Notes: generated from the sequence alone by a model not told the origin. 62,691 nt of DNA, filler included, from Nemertoderma westbladi (GCA_032718475.1; 3 parts of 3 records of this genome joined end to end with filler, not necessarily neighbours in it), one strand, 5' to 3'. Counted from the first letter of the whole stretch, positions 1-11,445 are shown. Translations and numbers: made by a program.

Positions 1-218
1 TACGGAGATATCTGGGCTCAGTTTAATCGGCCAACTAGTTTAGGGAGGTAGCTTATACCCTGCTGTCCGTGTCGGCCAATAGAATTTGCGTAGGCGTTGA
101 TTTCGACCTATCCCAGCGCTACTGAACTGAATTTCCTATCTCACTGCTCATCCTCTGTGTTGAACGGGGCTTCGTGGAATAAGAGTTTTTGGTATACTCG
201 TATAGTAGTAGTAGTCAT
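1..218 (-). mobile_element. 5' part of an RTE-type LINE, related to the copy at 47763-51172; runs off the left edge
   Basis: The reverse complement aligns by eye with 47763-47980 (e.g. CTTATTCCACGAAGC, CCGTTCAACACAGAG, GAGCAGTGAGATAGGAAATT, GTTGGCCGATTAAAC, GAGCCCAGAT). Confidence 0.75.
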
Positions 219-1375
219 ATGATTTTATATGATTCTGTTGTTGTGTTCCCATTTTCGCCATAACACCGGCTTTTTGGGAAGAACTCTAGTAAAACTGCTT
301 AAATTATCGAAAGTATAAACTGTTACCCTACCGATCAATCTAATTAATCAATCGAACCTAACTAATCTTAACTACTCACTTAATTTAATTGCATTAATCA
401 TATTGTTTGTACTGTTATTTTACCGTCAGTTATTAATTGTACCTATTTGTTGATGGAAATATTGCTCTTTGGATAATACGGATAAATCACCCAAATTCCC
501 AATTTTCTTGATACACTACAGGTTAGAGAGACCGGCTATACATAACAATTGCGATTTATATTAATGTGGTGTGTATTGAATCCAATGTTATTTAGCAGAC
601 CCTACGTGAGTCAATTGCTGCTCTCTTTATGTGTGATCAAATATACTGACGGTCGGCAGAATAGTGTGTATGATTGTGATTGGTAACAAAGTATTTCCTA
701 AAGAATACGCTTTATACTTCAATCATAAGCAGTATCGTTGCGTTTTAGTATAAGTCTTAGTTCTGTTTAAATAGATAAAGCGCCACGTCCTAAAGGAACT
801 GTTAATATTTCCCGAAAGCCAATAATATCTGTCAGAGATTAATTATTAACGATCTATCGAATAATACAGTAGGTATACACTGCAACCTTACACTGCAATA
901 ATAAAATTTAAGCATCCGAATTCAGTCTCCCGGGTGTAGATCCATCGGGTGAATGATCGCGCATGGGCTGACTTCGGCTAGTGTTTTGCGTATTAGCATA
1001 AAATATTGTCGTATGCTAAAGTGGTTTTAATTAACTAAAAGACATATAAATTTTGGCAGGTTAAACTGCTAAAGGTCTTCAAAAGCGCGAACAAGAGTCG
1101 TGGGCACTTACTCCGATGAGGACAGAAAAGTCCGATCGGTAGAAGTGCAGATAGGTGGCAAGATAGGTGCGAAAGACAGGAAGACCTACAGGAGGGCTGT
1201 AGGGAAGTGGTGTCTACTAGAGGGGGCACCTTAAGAGTGAAGTTTAGTACCACTTTAGAGTGGAGTTTAGTAGAGTTTAGTCGTCCAAGTTTTGGACTGA
1301 GGGGGGTGGGATTGAGGGCGAGACACCCTTCCCACACAAAATAAATAAAAAAAAATATAATAGTACGTAATAGCT

Positions 1376-1945
1376 ACGCAGTTAGTAGGCAGAAGTTAGT
1401 TAGTAAGAGGGTACGTAGTACCGTTAGTAGGCAGAAGTTAGTTAGTAAGAGGGTACGTAGTACCGTTAGTAGGCAGAAGTTCGTTAGTAAGAGGGTACGT
1501 AGTACCGTTAGTAGATAGAAGTTAGTTAGTAAGAGGGTATATAGTACCGTTAGTAGGCAGAAGTTAGTAGTAAGAGAGTACGTAGTACCGTTAGTAAGAG
1601 AGTTAGAAGTAGTAAGAGGGTACGTAGTACCGTTAGTAAGAGAGTTAGAAGTAGTAAGAGGACGTAGTACCGCTAGTTAGATAGTGGAAAATTAGTAGTA
1701 AGAGGGTACGTAGTACCGTTAGTAAGAGAGTTAGAAGTAGTAAGAGGGTACGCAGTACCGTTAGTAAGAGAGTTCGAAGTAGTAAGAGGGTACGTAGTAC
1801 CGTTAGTAGGAGAGTTAGAGGTTAGTAGGAGGGTACGTAGTACCGTTAGTAAGAGTTAGAGGTTAGTAAGAGGGTACGTAGTACCGGCTAGTAGGAGTTA
1901 GAGTTAGAGGCTAGTAAGAGGGTACGCAGTACTGGTTAGTAAGAG
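1376..1945. repeat. ~42-bp tandem repeat, about 13 copies
   Basis: Repeating unit GGGTACGTAGTACCGTTAGT + A/G-rich variable part; GTACG recurs at 1411, 1453 and 1495 (42-bp period). Confidence 0.9.
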
Positions 1946-2434
1946 ATAGTGGTAGAAGGGTATGTATAATATAGATATTAGTGAGTAGTAGCTAGTAGCG
2001 AGAGGGGGGCATATGAGTACAGCTGGATAAATCGTGTAGGCCATGCGACGCATACTGCTGCACTGCACAAGCCCACGGAGTAGGCCAGAATGTGGATTAT
2101 GAAGCAGAATAATCCATTGGCAAAAGTATTAGCACAGTAGCAGGATTAGATAAAAATTAAATAAATAAAAATAGGGCTAGAAAATCAGGAAAATTACAAA
2201 TTATGGTAACGGTAGGGAAATTATTCTGGAACATAATAAAAGTAACTGACAAATTTACAATTTAGGGTACAATTTGACGGTTTAGAAACTTAGGTAGTGT
2301 AAATAGGCGATAACCCAGAGATTCAGAGAGAGATAGGCCACTTTCGAACAAATAAACCATATTAACCTATCACTCATCCTATTGCGCCTTGGCAAGGCAC
2401 CACCCAACGGCTGAGCGATCGGGCAGAGTTCGAG

Positions 2435-5007
2435 ATGGCAGGCAAACTTGTGCGAAAGAGAAAGGCGGAGCAAGGAGGAAAGGAGATACTGGTGGATTTC
2501 ACCGAGAGGCATCCGGAAGTGAAGACGAGGGGAGGGGATACTACGAGCAGCTGGAGAAGGGTCACAAAGCGCGAGCGCTGCAGGACCATTTCAGGGAGGT
2601 GCACGAACAGCGACTGGTCAGGACCTACGGAACACCGTCGCTGGACAACGCAATTTTCGAGCATTTCCACTATGTGATGAAGGGAGACGAGGCGAAGTTC
2701 GGGATTCCGAAGTACGCGAGAGAGCTGCCAAAGAAAGATTGCAAGAGGTTCGTAGAGTCCGTCAGCAGGGGAGGATACATGATCCTAGACGACGAAGGAA
2801 CCGTGGAAGACGAGGAGGGTTCTAGGAGAGGATCGGCGGGTTCGGCCAGAACCATACTCCTACATTTGGCTGCGCAAAATGGGGATATTTTCCTATTCGA
2901 TCTGGGAACGTATGGGAAGAAGGACGGGCTGAAGTTGAACCGGTTGCCGAAGGTGGTGCAAATCCTAGTGAGAGAGAAGTCGACGACGAAAGTGGGATCG
3001 GCGATTCGCGATGATGCGGAGTGAATCATCGGTCCGGACACCCCCAACCTTCTGGACATGCAGACGGTCTTCATGGCTATGATAGCACCAGACGGATTGG
3101 GACTAGTGGAGAACGCAGGCCATTGTGGAGCGGTGGCGATGGGCCAGTTATTGGGGCTCGTGTGTCACAAACCAATGGACTGGGGGAAGTTCAGAGAAGA
3201 GTACGGAGCAGAGTTAGCGAACTCGCTGAAGTGGGGAGCGAGGCCAGGGAATTAAGGGGTATATCAATTCCGGAGAGGAGCGATAAAGGTATATCAGAAG
3301 CGATATATCCTGCAGGAGGACTGGATAATGATGGGGTTGCTAAACCTATTCATAACCGTGGTTATCGAGAGAGAACCAACAGCATTCCTGCTATCGGGAT
3401 CACCCCTGAGCTACAGAAGAGCCTTTAAGACGGCTTTCGAGGGTCTGGTAGACCACCCGGGGCTGAAGGGCGAGTCGGTGTATTATAACTGCCGACATCT
3501 GGTAGACGGGGAGGTAGATACGCCGTATCAAAGATGGGAGCAGCTAGAGGCAGATAGACGAGAAGCGAAGCGATTGGAAGAAATCGCTAGACAGGAGAGA
3601 AGAGAGGCAGAAGAAAGGGAGGAGGAAGCTAGGGCGCAGAGCTATGGCTTCGAGGAACAGGCGGCCTTAGATGAACTTCATTGGACGTCGTCAGGGAGTT
3701 CGGGGGAGTCTCTGGGGCGAGAATTAGGATGGACGGTGGGATCACCGAAACAGTCGACATCGGGATCGCAGGCGACGCCCATACCAGCGGGCGCCGAGGG
3801 CGATCACCCGCTAAGGAGGCTAGGAGAGCTAGAGGGGTGGAGAGCCATGGGCGAGAGCCAAGGTGGGAAGGGACACAGTGGATCCACCGGGATACCGGGG
3901 TTGGAGCCACTCCCAGAGGAGGACGAGGATGACGACGAGTTTGGAGAGATGCCGCCCATCGGAAGGTTAGACCACTCAGACACGGACTGGGTTGGCGGGA
4001 GGGTGGTGACGGCCAGTGGGGTGAGAGCCTTCTGGGATAGACCCGGCAAGCGGGCCTGGGTGCATAGGGAGCCGGCGATGGATTTCGCAGGGAGCACCAT
4101 CAGGTTGGGCGAGCAACCGGGGACGGCACCACGGGTAGTATTCGGGGAGACGATGCCTGGTAGGGGCGAGGAGATCGACGTGAGCAGGGACGCAAACGTC
4201 CAAAAGTTCGCTTACCAGCGACTCCACAGACCGTGGAGATCCTTAGGGACGAAAGATGACGTGGGGCGGTAGACATTGGTGCTCGGCTGTGACTACTGTG
4301 GGAGACAGACCCACCAGGAAAGAAGCTGTTTGTACCAGTTCCAGAAAGGGACTAGTTGTCTCTACTGCCGCGAGTCGAGCCACATGATGGGGGCGTGTCC
4401 ACGGTTGCATAACCGGTGCTCAAAGTGCAACTTTCGGGGGCACTACGGACACCAGTGCGACTGGATGGACGATGAAGAGAAGTTTAGAATCTTCGAGGAG
4501 TGGGCCGACGTCGGGACCATGACGCGGCAACGTATGAAGGCCCAGGAGTTCAGGTGGGGCTTCTTCAGTATTAATCAGGAGGCTTACTTGGAGATCATCA
4601 AACGGAGACTTCCGTTTACCTATCAGGAGGTAGCAACGGCGGCGTCGTATGCCGGGGTGATAAATACGCAAAGGTATTTGGACAGGTGGACGCCACAGAA
4701 CCGAGGGGAGTTTAGAGATTTCTTGGCGGAGCATGTGCCGCGGGCGATGAAAGTGATCCTATGGGACGCCACCAGGGGGAGACAACAGGGTCACTCGGAG
4801 GGGTCACCCGCGAAGCGATACCGGGAACTGATAACACCAGCGCCCAAGGAGTCGACGACCAGGATCAGTAGAGAGGTGACGGTGAAGGTCAGGGGCCTGA
4901 AGGGAGATAAAGCCAAGGGAGCGGCAACGGCCAGGAAACGACCAAGGGAGGAGGACGACAGAGGGAAAGACTTGAGGTGGTTCCCAAAGTCAGGTGGAAC
5001 GAACTGA
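2435..5007 (+). pseudogene. Disrupted retroelement cargo ORF: DEDDy-type 3'-5' exonuclease + coiled coil + three CCHC zinc knuckles
   Basis: ORFs 2389-3024, 3058-3255, 3328-4272 and 4276-5007 are all in one frame, separated by single stops; there is a probable frameshift near 2530. Motifs: ILDDEG (ExoI), KVGSAIRDD (ExoII), LLDMQ, RYILQED (ExoIII-like), then CDYCGRQTHQERSC, CLYCRESSHMMGAC and CSKCNFRGHYGHQC. Confidence 0.7.
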
Positions 5008-5696
5008 GACTTCGATGTGGCATGCCTGGAAGGCACCACGTGAGACGTGTGAACTCTTAAGTACAAATTCAAGTAACAAATAACAATAAAAAAGTGCAAT
5101 TTGTATGTACGTACGTAGTAATCAATAGTCTAGTAACAAATATATATTCAAAGTAAGTACTATAGCCAAAATAACCTTTTCCAATTAGCTACTGGGACCG
5201 GGGACTAGTTGACTATGGCACTATACGTCACAAACGAGACACTGGACGACTTCACACTTCCTGGGTGCGACGGCACAGGAAAGGGGGGTGAGACTCGTCA
5301 GAGATGAGTAAGTGAGAATAGGGGTTGAGTAATGGAGTGATAGTGCGGAGTGTGGAGAGAGTTTGAGCGCAATTCAAGTGAGGGGGGGAGAAGTAAGAGG
5401 CAGAGTGAGGGACGAGGAGGTCCGGGAGTGTGGAAGAGTTAGGTGAAAGTGTTGGGGAAACAAAAGTTGTGTGAGAGAAGCGCACGACCGGCCCAACACG
5501 GGACGCCAGATGTCTTGGTACAAAATAGGTAGAGTTCTACCAAGACGGGGTAGCAATATCATACCCATAGGGAGCAGCCTGGAAAGCCGGCTCCGGAAGA
5601 AAAATAGTTCCACCCCACACCCGATACTAGATCGGGATCCAGCGGAATTGTAGCGCACTAGAGGTGGATGCTATCTTCTCACCGGGAAGATAGCAT

Positions 5697-5708
5697 GGGG
5701 GGGGGGAG
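5697..5708 (+). promoter_or_regulatory. Polypurine tract (PPT) of the LTR element
   Basis: G10-AG run directly abutting TGTTA. Confidence 0.7.
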
Positions 5709-6243
5709 TGTTAGCGTATTCAATTCCGGTAACCACCCCATAAAGTGAGCTTTAAGCAATATTGGGAACACGAGGTTGATTGCCAATATCAACCTCGTAT
5801 CACCCCAATAAAATGGGGACAAGAAACCCCAGAGAACACACACACAATAGGGGTCAGGGGTTACACCCCTGAGAGAGAGGGAATAGCAGGAGTGAAGGGA
5901 AACACTCCAAGGGAGGTTAAAGGGCGACAATTAGGTTATCAGCCAATAGGGGGGAAGCAATATATTACCGGACCTTGTGTTATTTCATCACTTTTAGTAA
6001 GTCAGTTAGTTAGGGCAGTACCGGGACTCTTATCACCGTCTCCGTCCACTGCCATCATCATCACTCAGTACGTTACCGGTACTCATCCATTCACTTTAGT
6101 AAACTGTGCTTATACTTCATATATTATACATACGTTACCAACAATAGCCAGAGTTAATAACACCAGAACTCTTTTCACGCACACGGCGGGGACGCGTAGT
6201 TAAGAAACCGGATAAACCGGGATCCTTGGTGGATCCCGTCACA
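5709..6243 (+). mobile_element. Putative 3' LTR (~535 bp); partner 5' LTR is not in the window
   Basis: Starts TGT right after the PPT, ends TCACA, contains AATAAA (~5807). Immediately after it a MULE reading frame is abruptly cut. Confidence 0.65.
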
Positions 6244-6750
6244 GCAACAAGCATGTTTCACTAGGAAATCCTCACAGGTACAACTACTTGAGCACCGTCA
6301 GATCTTACAGTACCTACACTTATTGATACATGAGCAAAGCCAGTATTATTGTACGAAACCTTATAAACAATATCTTCCTTGTTTAGAGAAGGCACTGACC
6401 AGGTAGAGTTATTGTTAATAGAACTAACATCCAACTCCCCTTTATGCATCCTCGATTGGTCAAGAATTTTTGTGCCACTTTACCAGCTTGTTGCGGATTC
6501 GTTTTTTAACAGTCTAGATAATACAATTTGGCTGATTCCAGGAAACTGTTTCGAGTAGCACAGCTAGTAATCTTTCTCATAGTATCATACATTTTCAGTT
6601 GACACCTTTTTTCGTATATTTTCCCCTACAGGTTTCCGTACTTGCCACGCTCACCAAAATCGCTTTGTATGAGTTACGTTGAAAACGGCAGAATACCCGT
6701 TCCAAAAGTTCTCAGCACAATAAGACATAAATGCCTCCGAGTCAATTTCT
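6244..6750 (-). pseudogene. Decayed MULE/Mutator transposase fragment with SWIM-type zinc finger
   Basis: Minus-strand translation gives FMSYCAENFWNGYSAVF...KRFW*AWQVRK (MULE FMSD...CxWH region) and CSCINKCRYCKI*RCSSSCTCEDFLVKHACC (SWIM-like), truncated at the LTR end. Confidence 0.7.
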
Positions 6751-6934
6751 GAAATATAATAATAATGGAGATGAGAAATATGGTAAATAAAATCTATTAA
6801 ATCTATCATTAATTTGATAAATTTTCCAAGTTATTAGTAATGAAAGATTTTAAGGATAAACTGTTATTAATTAAAGTACCGGGTAATTAAATACATAGAT
6901 AGTGTTCAAACTTAAACAAGCGCCACGACAAGGT

Positions 6935-7168
6935 CCGCGTCTACTAACGCATGAACTGAGTCCTTGAATGGCTTACTACCAATCTTACAGCAAAAAACAT
7001 TCACCGGAATGGGGGATTGAACTCAATATCTAGAGATTCCAAGTCCAACGCTCTGTCAACTGAGCCACTGGGGCTGTATCAATCTTTAATACCAAAACCA
7101 ATCGAGAAATTAACAACAACACCAACAACGAAGTGAATACTAGAGGTCCGCTACGCGGACCTAAAAAG
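6935..7168 (-). mobile_element. Interspersed element with terminal hairpin and tRNA-derived segment (SINE/HINE-like)
   Basis: On minus: TTTTT-AGGTCCGC-GTA-GCGGACCT-CTAGT, a (GTT)n-like stretch, then A-box-like TGGCTCAGTTGA and B-box-like GAGTTCAATCC. A second copy lies at 53853-54135. Confidence 0.65.
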
Positions 7169-7640
7169 GGCTATCACGAGTAGTAGTTAAAATTACAAGA
7201 GTAAACGAAAACAAATGTCAAAATCAACTACTTACAATTATTATTAAATTAACCCCCCCCATTCCATACTACAGTAGTACATGGCTCTCCTCGCAGTGCC
7301 TTAAACTTATTCGCTTTGACTATTTACAGTTATAACAATAAACGACGATATCTCAATTTCATGAGTTATCTCCGCCTTGTACAGTACTGTACACCGGTGT
7401 AACAGTCTGAGATAACTCCACACCAAATATGATTCCCCAGTCTTCTCAGCCTAGGCTGATAACACTCCCCAGTCTTTTCGGCCTAGGCTGCAAGTTTTCT
7501 CCCTATATTTCTTAATTAACGGAAAGGAGCAGGTTCCAGTGGTGGGATTTTCTAACCAAAACAATAAACGATAACTCAATAACATAGGTTTACAGTTTTA
7601 TTTTTGCAAAATACGAAAATAACACAGGTAGGCATACAGC

Positions 7641-10600
7641 AAGGTGTACTAAATAACAGGTCATGCAGCGAGCAGATAGCTGAAATTAGCGGAGGCCGAT
7701 CTTTTCTCTATTTATGTCTCTGTTTTCATAATATTTCCTTAGAAACCACTTTTATGCTACTTTTCTTAGGTGGATATGATGACTAGAGTTCATAGAAATG
7801 TAATAAAATACGTTTCTAGAATTTTTATGTTGTTGTTGTCTAGGTAACCGGGTACAAAGTTCAAACTTTGCCCGTCTGTAATTCAAGACGATGGGGGATT
7901 CTGTTCTTGAGATTTGGCAGGTGATTAAAGGAAATAAAAGTCTATCAATATATTTTAAAGGTATATATTTTTCAAACCCGTTTCCATGGTGATGGGTGTA
8001 ACGATAATTTCACATTATGACCGCCAGCTAGAAATTGGGCTACTATTTACTATTTATATCATTTGCAACTGACGTGCCTGGGGCTTGTCCTTCTTTTATA
8101 ATAATTGCAACCAAAATTTATTATTCTGGGATCTAAAAATCATGCTATCACAGGTCTTGCTCTCTGATTGGACAGTTTTGTTTATTGGGACTTATGACCT
8201 TTACAAACAAGATTCACAATTGACGATTGATAAAATATGTATGATGTTGATAATTTTAACTTAATATTAAGAATGACAAACCGAATAAAATTGTTGTTTT
8301 AAAATTTTGTTATTAGTTACGAAATTATACTGTTCATTCATAATGATGTGTATATATATAATATATACATATATGCAATTATATATTAATAGTATTTTAT
8401 ATTATATAATAATGATACCATACCGATGCATGATAATAATAAAAATTATTATACAGTCGGAGTCTCAAAGTGCATCTGTTCTTTGAGATTTTCTCAAAGT
8501 GTTTCTAAAAGTGTCTAAAAGTCATTACATTATTCCCAACGGCCGCTTTGAATTCTTGTAGACACTTTTAGTTGGGAATCTCAAAGTGATTTTCTGCTTT
8601 TAGGCACTTTTAATTCTTTGAATTCTTTGAGAAATGTCACTTTGAGTTAGTTTGCGGCACTTTGAATTCTTTGAGAAAATAAACTCTGAGGTATTCCTGA
8701 TTGACAGCTCGTGGTAAGTTAACAGATGCAGAGGCAGAAGCATTTGATACTTGTGTGCTGGCCAGTTGTTGCCTAGAAGCTATTCCCATTAATTTATCAT
8801 ATTGAGGTTCCTGAGGTCATTACGGCAGTACGGGATGGGTTTTAGGTCGCAAGTACAAATTGAATTTACGGCGCCCTGAAGTCTTTCTAAAAAAGATTCT
8901 TAAAAATCAAATAATACATGAAACATAATTAGTGAAACAAGATTAATGCTTGACAAGATTGTTTAATATAATAACATAATACAATATCAGATTAACAATT
9001 AATATAAGAAAAACTGCACTGTAGTTTCTCTGTGTATACGCAGTTTCATTATAATAACCTAAAGAAGCCCTGTTGGGAGAGAGCTTGTAATAACTTTTGT
9101 CATTTATTTTATTAGTCACCTGAGGTCAAACCGTACTACCTAATTAATATGATAATTATGGTGACGAGAGCGCGAGAATTCCTTTTTAAAAACTAAGAAA
9201 GGCTTTCGACTGTCAATTAAGATAGAACGGCTACAATCTTGTGTTGTTTTAGCTTAATAGAAATATTAAAATATCCCCTGCCGCTGGCGTTTATATTTGA
9301 GCATATTTTAAATGTTTGCCTGATATTCAATTGATGTGTACCGCCTTCTGGCAAAGCGGCATCCAGTTTAAGCTATCAATCACAGCTAGCAAGAAGCGAC
9401 CTACGGACGGTGACCTTCAAACAAACAGGTGCAGAGCCGGAAAGAACTGTCACAGGCTTTGCTTGGCTTGTGGTACCATTTGATTACATTTTGGCAGACT
9501 GGGCGGTCGCTCTGACCATATGCATTGCGCACCAACAATGCCTAAAACATCTATGGGAACAGCCAATTAGTGCGCTTGAATCATTTATCTTTATTCCTGC
9601 CTCTATCGTTATTCTTTACTTTGTATAACACAATTTACAGTGCGGCAAAGAATGGCTGGTTGACCATTGAAATGCATTGGTAAGGGAATTCGGCGTTCAC
9701 GTGGGCTAAACAAATTTAAACAGTACAGTTTTAGCACTATACATTAATATAGATAGGGCAACAGACAAACTGTCTATGACACAAATACCAACACATTCCG
9801 ATAGCCCGCAATTATGGCGTCTCTAAAGAGTCAAAATATAAATTAATAAAATCCTCTATGAAACAATAAAAATACCTACAAAAAATACTGCTGTATTAAA
9901 TATTAGTTACTGCAGTAACATATAACAATTACTGCAGTAACAAATATTTATTACTGCAATAATCAATATTAATAATTTAATAAATAATTGAATAAAAATT
10001 TATACTGCAGTAACAAATTATTTGTTACTGCAGAAAAAGACAATTTTTTATTACTGCAGTAATAATTAATTCTTACTTTCAGTAACAAATATTTATTACT
10101 GCAGTATTTTTTGGAGGCATCTTTATTGTTTCATAGAGGTTTTTATTACTTATATTTTACCCTTTAGTCAAAGTCAATATACACCATTCCATAGCCAGCT
10201 TCAGGCAGGACTGTGTGAAATGACTGACAGTACTACTTTGAAATCTTTGAGGACACTTTGTCATTTTCTTAGACCACTTTTAGAACTTTGAGACACTTTT
10301 AGTTCTTTGAGAAAATCTCAAAGAACAGATGCACTTTGAGACCCCGACTGTATATTTTCTTTTGGCGCCTGGGTGTCCAATTTTGGAGAAGTTTTAGTAC
10401 CCAAAGGGTTAAAATAAATTTAAAATATAAAAATATATAAAAAAATTTAAATGTCAAATATTTAGATAAACTTTTATTTCCTTTACTCACGTCTGCCAAA
10501 TCTCAAAAACAGAATCCCTCATTGTCTTGAATTACAGACGGGCAAAATTTGAACTTTGTACCCGGTTACCTTGACAACAACAATATAAAAATTCCAGAAA

Positions 10601-10731
10601 GACTTTTTATTACATTTCTATGAACCCTAGTGATCATTTCAACCTAAGAAAAGTCGCATAACAGAGAAAAGATCGGCCTCCGCTAATTTCAGCTATCCGC
10701 TTGCTGCATGACCTGGTATTTAGTACACCTT
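7641..10731. mobile_element. Non-autonomous DNA transposon with ~300-bp TIRs
   Basis: AAGGTGTACTAAATA... (7641-~7955) is an inverted match to ...TATTTAGTACACCTT (~10455-10731). Confidence 0.8.
8454..10350. mobile_element. Tc1/mariner-like MITE with TA target duplication
   Basis: ~46-bp TIR CAGTCGG(A/G)GTCTCAAAGTGCATCTGTTCTTTGAGATTTTCTCAAAG, with TA on both sides and an internal TACTGCAGTA mini-array (9890-10105). A truncated copy lies at 56612-57787. Confidence 0.85.
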
Positions 10732-11169
10732 GGCCCAGGCCCGTATCGTGCGGGGGGGGGGGGGGGGGGGGGGGGGCTTTGGGGGCTCTGCCCCCCCCCC
10801 CTACCTACCTGTAATTACTAAAAATACCAGAAAGCTCCAGGTTCTCTCATTGGCTACCAGGGGTTGTTTGTTGTTGACCCATTGTCTATTTGTCTGTCAT
10901 ATGGGAGCCAGCTTGCCGCTAAAAGTCTGGGCGCTGAGGGTTGCTTGCGCTGGTATCCATATCTATACTTTGTTGTAACTTAACCTTAACCATAATTATA
11001 CCTGAAGTGGGTCATTCACGCAGCACGTGACATAAACTTATGTAAGTGTCACCTTGAAAGAAATATAAGCAAAATTTAAGCAGATGCCCTTGATCACTTT
11101 ACACCAACCTAGATGCAGGCTTAAAAACTGTACATAGTCGATTTAAGACCCCCGAAAAAGTTTAAAAGA

Positions 11170-11445
11170 CACAGCCGGTCAGCTAATGGTCTAGTACAAT
11201 TCTGCCAAGTTTCCGCTTAAACGGTTTAAAATCAAAGAAATGGGAGGACATTTAATGCTTAGACATGTAGCCATCTAGCAGGAAACTGTTGAACTGTTGG
11301 TGTCAAAAGTTGCTAAATAATGTCAAGTTTTGGACATATTTATGGCTACAAATTTTCAATTCGACAGCTTTAAATCTGACGAATGTTACTTTAATGAAAT
11401 CGTTACGTCAACAACTACAGTATTTGCCATTATTGACATACTACT
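11170..11445 (+). repeat. Dispersed repeat, also at ~33865-34160
   Basis: Shared TAATGGTCTAGTACAA...TTTAATG.TTAGACA.GTAGCC...CGACAGCTTTAAATC.GACGAA. Confidence 0.75.

Noticed and set aside
1104-1149. Possible hammerhead ribozyme (CCGATGA-GGAC-loop-GTCC-GATC)
   Set aside because: The catalytic core deviates from CUGAUGA/GAAA, and the flanks pair as one simple hairpin (CCGAT/ATCGG, GCACTT/AAGTGC) rather than a three-way junction.
1376-1945. Palindromic repeat plus variable part as a CRISPR-like repeat-spacer array
   Set aside because: The variable parts are clearly homologous to each other, so it is a diverging tandem repeat.
2389-5007. Alternative genetic code explaining the in-frame stops
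   Set aside because: All three stop types are involved, while RPL17, gag, pol and the channel terminate normally at TAG/TAA; decay is simpler.
5745-6203. 152-aa ORF
   Set aside because: Lies within the putative LTR, has a non-ATG start and no recognisable motif.
7005-7075. Functional tRNA gene (also ~53983-54060)
   Set aside because: Acceptor and anticodon stems do not pair properly, the two copies differ by indels, and both lie inside a longer repeat.
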